Assembly (NCBI GenBank): GCA_944377315.1
Contig: CALWEM010000004.1
Coordinates: forward strand, 2,977 to 66,976
Source: an uncultured Clostridia bacterium
GTDB taxonomy: Bacteria > Bacillota > Clostridia > Christensenellales > UBA1242
Length of the DNA: 64,000 nt
Reading direction: 5' to 3'
In this document: positions 27,001-35,945 of the stretch, piece by piece
Position numbering within the stretch: position 1 is the first letter of the stretch
Layout of the letters: the number at the start of each line of letters is the position of its first letter
Translations under genes and position numbers: made by a program
The notes under the pieces: model-generated
The model's input: the letters and a program-made list of their open reading frames with translations, nothing else
Database searches by the model: none
Told to the model about the DNA's origin: nothing

Positions 27001-27592
27001 TGTTTCCACGCTTTTGGAAAGATATAATGATATGTCAACTCAATCTTCAGACCTTAAAAAAGCGGAAGAAGATTTGGTGAAAATCATTAAAGATTTGTCG
27101 ACTGAAATGTTGACCAAATTTAATGAAGAATTTGAGAAAATCAATTCAAGTTTCAAAGTTGTTTTCAGGGAACTTTTCGGTGGCGGAAATGCCAAACTTG
27201 AACTTACTGAAAGTGAAGACCCGCTTCTTGCAGGAGTGGAAATTATGGTTCAACTTCCAGGTAAAGCACCAAACAAACTTTCACTTTTGAGTGGTGGTGA
27301 AAAAACTTTAACCGCAATTGCACTCTTGTTTGCAATTTTGAGATTAAAACCACTTCCATTCTCACTTCTTGACGAAATTGAAGCGGCTCTTGATGATGCA
27401 AACATTGAAAGATTTGCGTTATATCTTAAAAAACTTTCTGAAACCACTCAATTCATTGTTATCACTCACAGAAAACCAACAATGGAACTGGCTGACAGTT
27501 TGTATGGTGTGACAATGGAAGAAAAGGGCGTTTCAAAGATTGTTTCTGTTAAACTTGCAGATGCAATCAAACAAGCAGAGCAAGCAAATTAA
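24005..27592 (+). CDS. smc: Chromosome segregation protein SMC
   Basis: N-terminal Walker A GPNGCGKSN, long coiled coils, hinge, C-terminal LSGGEK and Walker B LLDE. Confidence 0.95.
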   Translation: MYFKKIEMIGFKSFADKTTIEFNGGFTAIVGPNGCGKSNVSDAIRWVLGEQSAKSLRGDNMQDVIFKGTEKRRSLSYCEVTLTFDNTDRFFDISYDELSITRKLYRSGESEYQINKNTCRLKDIIDLLFDSGIGKNGYSVIGQGKVSEIVDEKPEERRSMFEEAAGIAKFKSRKDEAERKLERTRDNLVRIDDIIAEIERQMGPLKKQAEDAKKYLEYKGQLKDLEVNAYIFQYENAHNVKAEINNRLKALSEELNVRQSELDDTTSKYDAELEKLSTFDKEISRLNDELLKVTVELEKQEGEVKVVREKINYTQRENDRLHLDLSNATTILESCEEARVEKSKELNDLEKRLETLKQTYAGLSNKHLEIVDEMTASENEAGLSQQKFIDTLGSLSDVKSNASRYEAERNILVQNLENLEKNLQEAVTKIESLKKLEETIKHNVENLSKSFEETKNLCSDVAGKNFVATKRLRELETEKQNLSTQIKVYENRRKLLTEMQAEFEGYAYSVKKILKESERNSAISSKMVGVLASLIKVPAKFETAIEVALGNAVQNIVTFNENGAKDLIEYLKENKFGRATFLPISSMKRRDLDERTVQGKSGVFGVASRLIEYDKRIDNVISNLLGATVIVDTLATAVNLAKDNRFSFKIVTLEGDVVSTQGSLTGGSKKSEAVNLISRQREIETLATEIVKLQKQEQEMTLEIEKLKSDTSEYSRKESELNTKRNDFEVQLAKEQEKLDACKKDLEEAEEENKVYGMEKTSVNNKIKLIDGELSEINLVKNALSGNKEDADILIKQKQEKSSKLRAERDELVAQMTTIKVEIASCEEKVKNVSDELDRIVLEIDKQNTNSVNLKKSIEDNEKFIAQQEEMIKIQIENAGPSTAKDNMNRIRAKREKMENERGDISSTLKKYDEDKTRILESISTINDRKYREEMNLSKVDSELEAMQERIYEEYDLTYSTCLEHRRPDFNFKEAMIEIGRLKKDISALGYVNVHAIEDVSTLLERYNDMSTQSSDLKKAEEDLVKIIKDLSTEMLTKFNEEFEKINSSFKVVFRELFGGGNAKLELTESEDPLLAGVEIMVQLPGKAPNKLSLLSGGEKTLTAIALLFAILRLKPLPFSLLDEIEAALDDANIERFALYLKKLSETTQFIVITHRKPTMELADSLYGVTMEEKGVSKIVSVKLADAIKQAEQAN

Positions 27593-27603
27593 AGGAGAAA
27601 AAT

Positions 27604-28500
27604 ATGGGCTTATTCAAAAAAATTGGGCAGGCATTGAAAAAAACAAAGGACGCTTTTATTCGTAAACTTGACGAATTGTTAAGTCACGGTGAACTCAACG
27701 ATGATTTTTTTGATGAACTAACGGACATTTTAATTTCTTGTGATGTGGGCGTTCGGTCTTCGATGGAAATTGTTGATGAATTGCGAGATGAATGTCACAA
27801 AAGAAAAGTTCGTTCGGGTGATAAAGTCAAAGAAGTTTTGAAGGAAATTTTGAAGAACTATTTTGAAGATGCTCCGAAAATTGAAATTGAATATCCGGCA
27901 ATCATCACAATTGTGGGAGTTAATGGTGTTGGAAAAACCACGACCATTGGAAAACTTGCACAATATTTTAGGAACATCAAAAAAGATGTGACTTTGGTTG
28001 CTGGTGACACATTCCGAGCTGCTGCATCAATGCAACTTACCGAATGGGCAGATCGCACAAAAACGAGAATAATTAAACACGCAGAAGGTGCTGATGCCGC
28101 CGCAGTTGTTTTTGATGGTATTCAAAGTGCAAAAGCGAAAAAAACAGATGTGTTAATTGTGGACACGGCTGGAAGATTGCACACGAAAACAAATTTGATG
28201 GAAGAACTCAAAAAAATCGACAAAATCATAAACAGAGAATATTCTGATGCTCACAAATACACTTTCATTGTTTTGGATTCAACCACTGGTCAGAATGCTC
28301 TTTCTCAAATCAAGGCATTTGATGAGTTTGTGGAAATTGATGGTATCATTTTGACAAAACTTGATGGCACAGCAAAAGGTGGAGTTATCATTGCCATTGA
28401 AAAAGAATATAAACTGCCAGTTGTTTTTGTGGGAACTGGTGAGGGAGTGAACGACCTTCAACCATTTGACAAAGATGAATTTGTTGATGAATTGTTCTAG
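27604..28500 (+). CDS. ftsY: Signal recognition particle receptor FtsY
   Basis: GVNGVGKTTT, DTFRAAA, DTAGR, TKLDGTAKGG motifs. Confidence 0.95.
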   Translation: MGLFKKIGQALKKTKDAFIRKLDELLSHGELNDDFFDELTDILISCDVGVRSSMEIVDELRDECHKRKVRSGDKVKEVLKEILKNYFEDAPKIEIEYPAIITIVGVNGVGKTTTIGKLAQYFRNIKKDVTLVAGDTFRAAASMQLTEWADRTKTRIIKHAEGADAAAVVFDGIQSAKAKKTDVLIVDTAGRLHTKTNLMEELKKIDKIINREYSDAHKYTFIVLDSTTGQNALSQIKAFDEFVEIDGIILTKLDGTAKGGVIIAIEKEYKLPVVFVGTGEGVNDLQPFDKDEFVDELF

Positions 28501-28528
28501 AAGAAAAAATTAACAACTCAAAATGCGT

Positions 28529-28572
28529 TGCATACCACTTTGCATATCACACAACATATTGTGTGGTATGCA
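28529..28572. repeat. REP-like palindrome, copy c (plus an extra half-site); terminator after ftsY
   Basis: tgcataccac tt tgcatatcacacaacatattgtgtggtatgca followed by atttttcttttttt. Confidence 0.8.
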
Positions 28573-28712
28573 ATTTTTCTTTTTTTACACTTTTTTTCAA
28601 TTTTTATTAAAAATTTAGTTATTTTTTTTTGATTTTTCAAAATCTGACAAAATATATTATGGTCAAGCAAAATTTGACAACTTTCAACATATAAATTCAA
28701 AAAGGGGAATTT

Positions 28713-29441
28713 ATGATTTTTGAAAGTTTTGTTTATTTTTTTAGTCGCATCAATCTTTTCACAAACTTTATTAACACTGTGCAAGGTTTTCCAAAACCGC
28801 TTACCATTGAAGAAGAAAAGTTGGAATTTGAAAAAATGAAAAAAGGTGACAAGAAAGCACGCGAAAAACTCATCAATCATAATTTGCGTTTGGTGGCACA
28901 CGTGGTGAAAAAATATACCAATTCGTTGGAAGTTGACGATTTACTTTCGGTTGGAACGATTGGACTTATCAAGGCGATAGACACATTCGACTATGACAAG
29001 AAGGTTCAACTTTCGACATATGCCGCGCGTTGCATCAACAATGAAATCCTTATGCTTATCCGTGCCAACAAAAAACACAAAAATGTGGTTTCAATCAACA
29101 GTTTGACTTCTAACAATGAAGAAGATAATGATTTGGAACTTAAAGATGTTTTGTCGTCCAGTGAAGAAGAAGTTTTTGTGCAGGTGGAAAACAATTTGAC
29201 AATTCAGAAAATAAAAAACATCATTGCAACCAAACTTGACAAGCGTGAGCAAGAGATAATTGTGTTGCGTTATGGTTTATGTGACAAAAAAGCATTGACG
29301 CAAAAAGAAGTGGCGGACAGACTTGGTATTTCGCGTTCATATATTTCAAGAATTGAAAATAAAGCACTTTCCACAATAAAAGAAAATTTTGAAAAAAGTG
29401 AAAAAGATGAAAAAATCAAAGAAAAACGGCAAAAAAGTTGA
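28713..29441 (+). CDS. sigK: Sporulation sigma factor of the SigE/SigK group (SigK-like, with an N-terminal pro-sequence)
   Basis: FPKPLT.EEE......K.GD..AR..LI.HNLRLVAH.VKKY and ST YAARCI.NEILM closely follow the SigK pattern. A hydrophobic ~25-aa leader precedes region 2. Confidence 0.65.
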   Translation: MIFESFVYFFSRINLFTNFINTVQGFPKPLTIEEEKLEFEKMKKGDKKAREKLINHNLRLVAHVVKKYTNSLEVDDLLSVGTIGLIKAIDTFDYDKKVQLSTYAARCINNEILMLIRANKKHKNVVSINSLTSNNEEDNDLELKDVLSSSEEEVFVQVENNLTIQKIKNIIATKLDKREQEIIVLRYGLCDKKALTQKEVADRLGISRSYISRIENKALSTIKENFEKSEKDEKIKEKRQKS

Positions 29442-29574
29442 AAAAATCGCGATTTTTTTGATGTTTTTTGAAAAATTAAAAAATTTTTATAAATTTTATG
29501 TTAAATTACTTGACAAACTTTTTATGCCAAAATTAATATAATTATATATGATATAATATCTAAAAGGCAAAAAT

Positions 29575-30933
29575 ATGGATAAAATTCGATTTTATAACTT
29601 CATTAACAAGCTGATAATTCCGCTTTTCACCGGCTCCTATATTGCTGGCGAAATTGAATCTTCGTCAAGAGATTTGGAAGTTGCGTTGGGAAAAAAGAAT
29701 TCTATCCTTCTTAAACCGCACAAAACTGATGAATACAGAGTTATTTTGAAACGCGGACAACCTTTCAAATCTTTTGAAGTCAATCTTATTCGTGCAATTC
29801 TTGAAGATACAACTCTTGTGATGAATAACGAAATTACCAATCCAATCTATCTTCAAAAACTGCAACATTTCATCATTGAGAAGGCGTTGGTGGAGAGTAT
29901 CACTGAAACAGGTTCGGACACGATTATGGGGATTATTACCTGTCTTGAGAAGTGGTCGGCACGAACATATGAAGGTTTCAATGTCGCAATGGGAATTTTC
30001 GTCAATCTTTCCTCTTCACCAGAAAATGAGAATGCGGTGACTTATAATGATATCATTGAAAAAGACTTTTTCGCGCGTTTAACCGATGGAGTTTCTTCTT
30101 TTGTGGAATTTGACAAAAAAGGACATCTTGTTTCATATGTAAACTTGAAGAATGCAAAATCTGCACCAACTGTTTCTCCTTATGTGTATGACAGAGTGGC
30201 AAGAAGTTGTAATGACAAGCGGGTGGGTATTGTTTTAACCGCAAGTGGTGATATTTTGATTTTCTATGCAAGACAACTTATGTTTGCCAAGAGAAATGGT
30301 AGGTGGTGTGTTTATTCGCACGATGAAGTTATTCGACTTCTATATAATAATGTTTCATACACTGCAAAACAGATTAGGCGGGCGATTTATAACACGGCTT
30401 TGGATTGTTCATTTGGCTATAAAGGTGCGTGCATTGTTTATTTGAATAAGGACAAAACTCGCGAGGCACTTGTTCATATTGACGGCGCAGATATTTTGTC
30501 GGAAGAACATTTCAATATCAAGAAAGAAATTGAACTTGAAGAAGCAGGAAAGCTTTATAATATTCAATACGCAAAAAGAATTAAGAATGATTATGATTGT
30601 TCATATGAAGAGTTTTTGGAGAGAAATAATTGCATAAAAACGAAGGCAATTTCAAAGATTATTTCGGGGAAGAAGTTTTTTGAACTTGACCGAACACTTT
30701 TGGAAGAACTTGTCGCAATTGACGGTGCTATTATTGTTGATTTTGATGGCACAATCATTGCTGTTGGTGCGATTATTAAAATTGAAGCAGGAAGTTTGGG
30801 TGGTGGCCGGCTTGCTGCCACAAAATGTATGGCGAAATATGGCGTTGCCATCAAGGTCTCTCAAGACGGAGTTATGCAAGGTTTCAGTTCTGACAAACAC
30901 GGGAAAGTGAAACAAATTTTCAATTTGGGTTGA
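29575..30933 (+). CDS. Uncharacterised protein with a C-terminal diadenylate-cyclase (DisA_N/DAC)-like fold and a non-canonical active-site motif
   Basis: C-terminal AIDGAIIVDFDGTIIAVGAII...GGGRLAATKCMAKYGVAIKVSQDGVMQGF aligns by eye to DAC ..DGA....G.I.AAG..L....GTRHRAA......D...IVVSEETG. DGA is kept and RHR is replaced by GRL. Confidence 0.5.
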   Translation: MDKIRFYNFINKLIIPLFTGSYIAGEIESSSRDLEVALGKKNSILLKPHKTDEYRVILKRGQPFKSFEVNLIRAILEDTTLVMNNEITNPIYLQKLQHFIIEKALVESITETGSDTIMGIITCLEKWSARTYEGFNVAMGIFVNLSSSPENENAVTYNDIIEKDFFARLTDGVSSFVEFDKKGHLVSYVNLKNAKSAPTVSPYVYDRVARSCNDKRVGIVLTASGDILIFYARQLMFAKRNGRWCVYSHDEVIRLLYNNVSYTAKQIRRAIYNTALDCSFGYKGACIVYLNKDKTREALVHIDGADILSEEHFNIKKEIELEEAGKLYNIQYAKRIKNDYDCSYEEFLERNNCIKTKAISKIISGKKFFELDRTLLEELVAIDGAIIVDFDGTIIAVGAIIKIEAGSLGGGRLAATKCMAKYGVAIKVSQDGVMQGFSSDKHGKVKQIFNLG

Positions 30934-30970
30934 AATTTTGCAAAAAATCACTCTTTTTTCAAGTTTTTAT

Positions 30971-30999
30971 TGATTTTTTGAGTAAAATGTGATATAATT
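30971..30999 (+). promoter_or_regulatory. Promoter of rnpB
   Basis: TTGATT, 17-nt spacer, extended -10 TGTGATATAAT. Ends 6 nt before the predicted P1 stem. Confidence 0.55.
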
Positions 31000-31005
31000 T
31001 TCTTG

Positions 31006-31340
31006 TCAGTCAAACAAATGGTCGCTGTGTGTTCGTGAAGGACACAGAGAGGAAAGTCCGAGCATTAAAAGAACAGAGTGCAAGTTAACGACTTGTGGAG
31101 GCGACTCCAAGGATAGTGCAACAGAAATAGACTGCCGTAAGGCGATGGTGGAAAGGTGGAGTAAGAGCCCACCGGGAACTTGGTGACAAGTTTTGCTCTG
31201 TAAACCCCACTCGATGCAAGGTTAAGTTTAGTCGATACGCGTTCTTTCGTGGCTAACAAAAATACCGCTTGATGTTGCTGGTGACGGCAACACTAGATAG
31301 ATGACCATTTGAAACAGAACTCGGCTTACAGTTTGGCTGA
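31006..31340 (+). ncRNA. rnpB: RNase P RNA (bacterial M1 RNA)
   Basis: Universal P4 strands GAGGAAAGTCCG (31048) and ACAGAACTCGGCTTAC (31314). P1 tcagtcaaac/gtttggctga and P2 aaatggtc/gaccattt pair as expected. GC-rich relative to the surroundings. Confidence 0.9.
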
Positions 31341-31349
31341 TTTAACGAA

Positions 31350-31371
31350 GATAGGAAATCCTATCTTTTTT
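31350..31371 (+). terminator. Terminator after rnpB
   Basis: gatagg-aaat-cctatc + tttttt. Confidence 0.6.
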
Positions 31372-31524
31372 ATTTTATAAAATTAAATATTTTTTCTCCA
31401 AAAATATTTTTAAAATCAAAATTACTAAAATTTTTATTAAAAACACTTTAAAAAGTTGATTTTTATGGAAAATTTAGCTTTTTATGATATCTTTGTTTAA
31501 AGTAATTTGTTTTTGAAATAATTT

Positions 31525-32754
31525 ATGTATATGAAAAATGATGAAATTGAGAAACTTAAAAATATAATTTTAAACCGAGTTAGATTTCACGCACCGGTTG
31601 TCTACGATGATAAAATTGACAAACGTGTGTTGTTTGAAAATGGTGTGGACACACGATACCCAATCTTTAAGTTTGATGGGAAATTGGATAAGAAAATTAT
31701 AAGGGCGGTTTGTTTAGCAAATCTGGAAGAAAATTTTAATTTTCTTGTACAGATTGAAAAAGTGGAAAAAAAGTTTGAAAAAATGCTTAAAAAGTTAAAA
31801 AATTGCGTTTTTTATAGCCAAAATTCGAATTTTTCATTTTTGACAATGATTAATAAACTTAACATAAACTATTTTTCTTCATCAAATTATGATTTGAAAT
31901 ATAAAGATAAATTTGTCAAGATTAATGATGAAATTATCAATCCAAAATATGAAGATTTTGCACTTGTTGCCAAGGGGGAAAATGGTGTTTTATATGACTT
32001 TGCGGAATTTGTCTTGAATGGCTCAAATATTTTACTTAATTTGAAAAATGATGGAAAAATTGCTCAAAAAGTCAAAATTTCTTTGAATTTCCCATTAAAA
32101 AATGGTTATTACTACTTTAAAAAGCAAAATAATTTTGTCAAGATTCTTAATCTTTCATCAAAAGGAAAGTTATTTTTTAACTTCCGTTGTCCAAAACAAA
32201 AATTGAGTTTTTCAATGGTGGACGGGTTGGAAAATTCACTTTTTGCCACAATATATTTTGAAACCACATTGACTGTTAAACCAAAAGAAAAAAAGAGTTT
32301 TTTCTTTTCGCTGTCGCCAAGAAAATTGCCTTTAAAAAATGGAGAAGATTTTTTAAAACTTTTGAATATTGCAAAAGTTAAATGTTGCGAAACTTTTGAC
32401 ATTCGAGTTAAAACCAAGAATCCGAAGTTTGACCAATTTTTCAATAATGATTTGCCCAAGAAAATTTGGCTTTGTTGGTGCAATAATATTCGTGAAGAAA
32501 ATTTGTCACAAAAATATCTTACCTTAAGGCGACTTTTTGTGAAAGGAAAAGAAAAAATCAATTTTCAACCTTTCAAGGAAATTGGACTTAAAGAACTTGG
32601 AATTTTCAATGGAGAGTATTTCAAAAAAATTCTTGTTTCATTTGGAAGTGAAGAATTTTTGCAAGTTGGAAAAACAAGGTTTTCAAATATTTCAAACATC
32701 ACGCGGTTTAGTCTGAAAAAGAAAGAACCGATTTTTCTTTCCTTTGATGTTTAA
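31525..32754 (+). CDS. Hypothetical protein (K/N/F-rich, 409 aa)
   Basis: Long uninterrupted ORF in a very AT-rich stretch. No obvious RBS and no family recognised. Confidence 0.45.
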   Translation: MYMKNDEIEKLKNIILNRVRFHAPVVYDDKIDKRVLFENGVDTRYPIFKFDGKLDKKIIRAVCLANLEENFNFLVQIEKVEKKFEKMLKKLKNCVFYSQNSNFSFLTMINKLNINYFSSSNYDLKYKDKFVKINDEIINPKYEDFALVAKGENGVLYDFAEFVLNGSNILLNLKNDGKIAQKVKISLNFPLKNGYYYFKKQNNFVKILNLSSKGKLFFNFRCPKQKLSFSMVDGLENSLFATIYFETTLTVKPKEKKSFFFSLSPRKLPLKNGEDFLKLLNIAKVKCCETFDIRVKTKNPKFDQFFNNDLPKKIWLCWCNNIREENLSQKYLTLRRLFVKGKEKINFQPFKEIGLKELGIFNGEYFKKILVSFGSEEFLQVGKTRFSNISNITRFSLKKKEPIFLSFDV

Positions 32755-32851
32755 CTTTCTTCATTCTTGATTTTATCTAAAAATTTTTAAGTATTTTATT
32801 TTTTTGGATTATTTTATTTGCTTTTTCTTTCTTTTTTGTTATAATAAGTAT

Positions 32852-34123
32852 ATGATTAACTTTAATATTCCTCTTGCCGAGCGTATGCGTGCAAAAACGC
32901 TGGAAGATTTTGTTGGACAAGAGCATATTGTTGGAAAGAATAAGTTGTTGACGCGTGCAATTGCCACTGGAAATGTTGGCAGTTTGATTTTTTATGGTCC
33001 ACCCGGGACTGGCAAAACCACTCTTGCAAACATTATTGCCAAACTTATGAATGCAAACATTGAAAAACTGAATGCAGTTTCAAGCGGTGTGGCTGATGCC
33101 AAGGCAGTGATTGAAAGAGCAAGGTCCAATAAGCAAATGTTCAACAAAGACACCTATCTTCTTTTGGACGAGTGTCACAGGTGGAGTAAATCACAAAGCG
33201 ATTGTGTTTTGCAAGCCATTGAAGACGGCAGTATCTTTTTCATTGGCTCGACAACAGAAAATCCATACACGAGTATGACAAGGGCGATTGTTTCAAGATG
33301 TTCGGTTTTTGAGTTTAAAAAGATATCAGAAAAAGATGTTGTGAAAGTGATTAATCGTGCTTTGTCTGACAAAGAAAACGGGCTGGGAGAAATTAAAGTC
33401 AAAATGGATGAAGAAGCAAAAAGACATTTGGCGTTTCTTTGTAATGGTGACATTCGCACCGCACTCAATGCTTTGGAACTTGCTGTTAAGTCCACAAAAA
33501 TGGTGAAAGGATACATTGAAATTACCAAAGATGTTGTTGCCGAGTGTTTGAATAGGCGTCCGTTGTCACTTGATGAGAGTTCCTATTATGATTATCTTTC
33601 CGCTTTTTGCAAAAGTTTGCGTGGAAGCGATGCTGACGCTGCTTTATATTATAGTCAGCGTCTTATTAAGGCAGGAATTGACCCACTCATCATTGCAAGG
33701 CGTATGATTGCGCACGCTTCAGAAGATATTGGTATGGCAGATTCAAACGCACTTTTGATGGCGTGTTGTGCGATGTATGCGGTGGAAAAAATTGGACCGC
33801 CAGAGTGTTATTTGAACCTTTCGCACGCGATTATCTATCTTTGTGAAGCGGAAAAATCAAACAGTGTCTATATGGCGATGAGTAGAGCTCAAAAGGACGC
33901 AGAAAATGAAAGAGAAGACAATGTGCCAAATCACTTAAAAAATCATCCAAGCACCAACAAAGACGGACACGGGGCATATAAATATCCGCACGATTTTGGT
34001 GGTTATGTGGAACAACAATATTTGCCAGACAAGTTGAAAGACCGAGTGTATTACATACCAAGTCAAAATGGCAAAGAGAAAAATATGGCAAGAAAAAAGT
34101 TTATTAAAAATCATAGAAAATAG
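32852..34123 (+). CDS. rarA: Replication-associated recombination protein A (AAA+ ATPase, MgsA/RarA)
   Basis: PLAERMR...L.DFVGQ.H, GPPGTGKTT, LLDE.HR..K.QQD, and a C-terminal MgsA domain (YY..RL...G.DP). Start at the ATG at 32852. Confidence 0.9.
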   Translation: MINFNIPLAERMRAKTLEDFVGQEHIVGKNKLLTRAIATGNVGSLIFYGPPGTGKTTLANIIAKLMNANIEKLNAVSSGVADAKAVIERARSNKQMFNKDTYLLLDECHRWSKSQSDCVLQAIEDGSIFFIGSTTENPYTSMTRAIVSRCSVFEFKKISEKDVVKVINRALSDKENGLGEIKVKMDEEAKRHLAFLCNGDIRTALNALELAVKSTKMVKGYIEITKDVVAECLNRRPLSLDESSYYDYLSAFCKSLRGSDADAALYYSQRLIKAGIDPLIIARRMIAHASEDIGMADSNALLMACCAMYAVEKIGPPECYLNLSHAIIYLCEAEKSNSVYMAMSRAQKDAENEREDNVPNHLKNHPSTNKDGHGAYKYPHDFGGYVEQQYLPDKLKDRVYYIPSQNGKEKNMARKKFIKNHRK

Positions 34124-34132
34124 GAGAGAATT

Positions 34133-35086
34133 ATGTTTGGAAGAAGAGCAGATGGAAAAAGAGTGAAGGATTTGATGATTATTGAAAAGGCAATCCCATT
34201 TTTTATGCCAATGAGAATTGATGGTGTGAATTTGTATAAGCAAGACATCAAGTGTAAGACTCTTGATGAATTCATTTTGAAAGAAAGAAAAGAAAATGGT
34301 GTGCATTTCAATTACACAGAGATTTTGATTGCGGCTTGTGTTCGAATGATTTATGAAAGACCCAAAATCAATCGTTTCATTGTCAATTGCCAAATTTTTC
34401 AAAGAAAAGAAATCACAGTTTCGATGAGCGTTAAGCCAAAATTGACAGATGATGCTGATGAAATCACTTTGAAATTCCGCTTTACTGGAAGAGAAAATAT
34501 CTATGAAGTCAAAAAGATTGTTGATGATGAAATTGCAAAAAATATCGGACCGAAGGCAACAGAAGTGCATAAAACCACAAAGGCTGCTGGTATTCTTGGG
34601 AAAATGCCTTATTGGATGTTTAAAGTTGCCATCAAATTCATTAGATTTTTGGATAGATATGGACTTCTTCCAAAGTCGCTTATTGATGTGAGTCCTTTCC
34701 ACACTTCCATTTTCGTGACCGACCTTAAAAGTATTAAACTGGGCAAGGTTTATCATCATTTATATAACTTTGGAACGACCACAATGTTTGGAGCGCTTGG
34801 CAAGGTGCAATATGTGCCAGTCAGCGACAGAGATGGTAACATCAGAACGGAAAAAATAATGGAACTTGGACTTTCTCTTGATGAGAGAATCGCCGATGGT
34901 TTATATTATGGAAACAGCGTTCGTCTTTTGACTAAATATCTTGAAAATCCAGAAGTTTTGAAGCAGTCGATTGCCGAAGAAGAGGTGAAAGGTAAAGGAA
35001 AAAAACTTTCAAAGAAAAAATTGGAAAAAAGAGAAAGACGCCTTCAAAAGAAAAAAGAGAGAATGGAGAAAAAAGGAAGAGTGTGA
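34133..35086 (+). CDS. 2-oxoacid dehydrogenase E2/CAT-like acyltransferase-fold protein with a K-rich tail
   Basis: C-terminal LSLDERIADG resembles the DH(R)xxDG catalytic motif of E2/CAT-like acyltransferases. Good RBS. Called from memory. Confidence 0.45.
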   Translation: MFGRRADGKRVKDLMIIEKAIPFFMPMRIDGVNLYKQDIKCKTLDEFILKERKENGVHFNYTEILIAACVRMIYERPKINRFIVNCQIFQRKEITVSMSVKPKLTDDADEITLKFRFTGRENIYEVKKIVDDEIAKNIGPKATEVHKTTKAAGILGKMPYWMFKVAIKFIRFLDRYGLLPKSLIDVSPFHTSIFVTDLKSIKLGKVYHHLYNFGTTTMFGALGKVQYVPVSDRDGNIRTEKIMELGLSLDERIADGLYYGNSVRLLTKYLENPEVLKQSIAEEEVKGKGKKLSKKKLEKRERRLQKKKERMEKKGRV

Positions 35087-35420
35087 AAAGTTGCATAAAC
35101 CTATGCAACTTTTTTAATAAAATAAATCTATGAAAACTTTTTTACTTTTAATATAAATGCAAAATTTATCAAATTTTATCAAAATATTTCAAGCCATCAT
35201 CTTAAAGTTTTACAAAATTATTTCTTTTTTTGTAAAATCAAAATTCGCTAAAATTCGCTATTTTACGATATATTTGCCGTCAAAAATATGTCAAAGTGAC
35301 GGCATATTTTTGTAAATTGTAAAATATTGTAAACCTTTATTAAAAAAAGTTGGCAGTAATGTTTGACTATCATTTTTTTTGTTTTTATAATCACTTATGT
35401 TTGCAAAGGAGATTTGTTTT

Positions 35421-35945
35421 ATGAAAGAAAATTGTTGGTCAAAAACTTTATTGGGCGTTTACAATTATTTGGAAACTATTGCTGGGGCGATGGATAAAAT
35501 CATTTTAAAATCTGCTTTAAATTCCTTCAATTTCTCAAAACTAAATTATGAGAAAAACAATGTGCTGAACATTTCCAACAGGCTTATTGATTTGTCGGAA
35601 AGAAAGATAACTTTGATTAATTTGAAACTTGTGATTGAAGAAGGGCTTAAAAATATTCCGCAAAAGGATGCTCTTTTGTTGGTCGCAAAATATATTAACA
35701 GAATGAAAATTCAAGAAATCAGTGAGAAATATTCCATCTCAACTCGTTCAATCTTCAGAAAGTTGACTGACGCAGAAGCGAAGTTTCTTTATGCTTTGTC
35801 GACAAAAGGTTTCACCAGCCATAAATTGAAAGAAATGCTCAAAAATGAGTATTGGATAATGAATTATTACAATGAGTTGACAATGAAAAACAACACTGAT
35901 TTTTCACTTTCGATGAGAGCAATTGAGCGTGTTGCGGGAATATGA
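35421..35945 (+). CDS. Sigma-70 region-4-like HTH protein, resembling phage late-gene regulators (RinA/ArpU/DUF1492 type)
   Basis: IPQKDALLLVAKYINRMKIQEISEKYSISTRSIFRKLTDAEAKF matches the region-4 HTH pattern (LP.R.R.V..L.Y....S..EIA...G.S...V). AAGGAG RBS before the ATG at 35421. Confidence 0.45.
   Translation: MKENCWSKTLLGVYNYLETIAGAMDKIILKSALNSFNFSKLNYEKNNVLNISNRLIDLSERKITLINLKLVIEEGLKNIPQKDALLLVAKYINRMKIQEISEKYSISTRSIFRKLTDAEAKFLYALSTKGFTSHKLKEMLKNEYWIMNYYNELTMKNNTDFSLSMRAIERVAGI

Noticed and set aside
31065-31259. 64-aa minus-strand ORF.
   Set aside because: It lies inside the RNase P RNA gene, and the region is explained by conserved rnpB helices.
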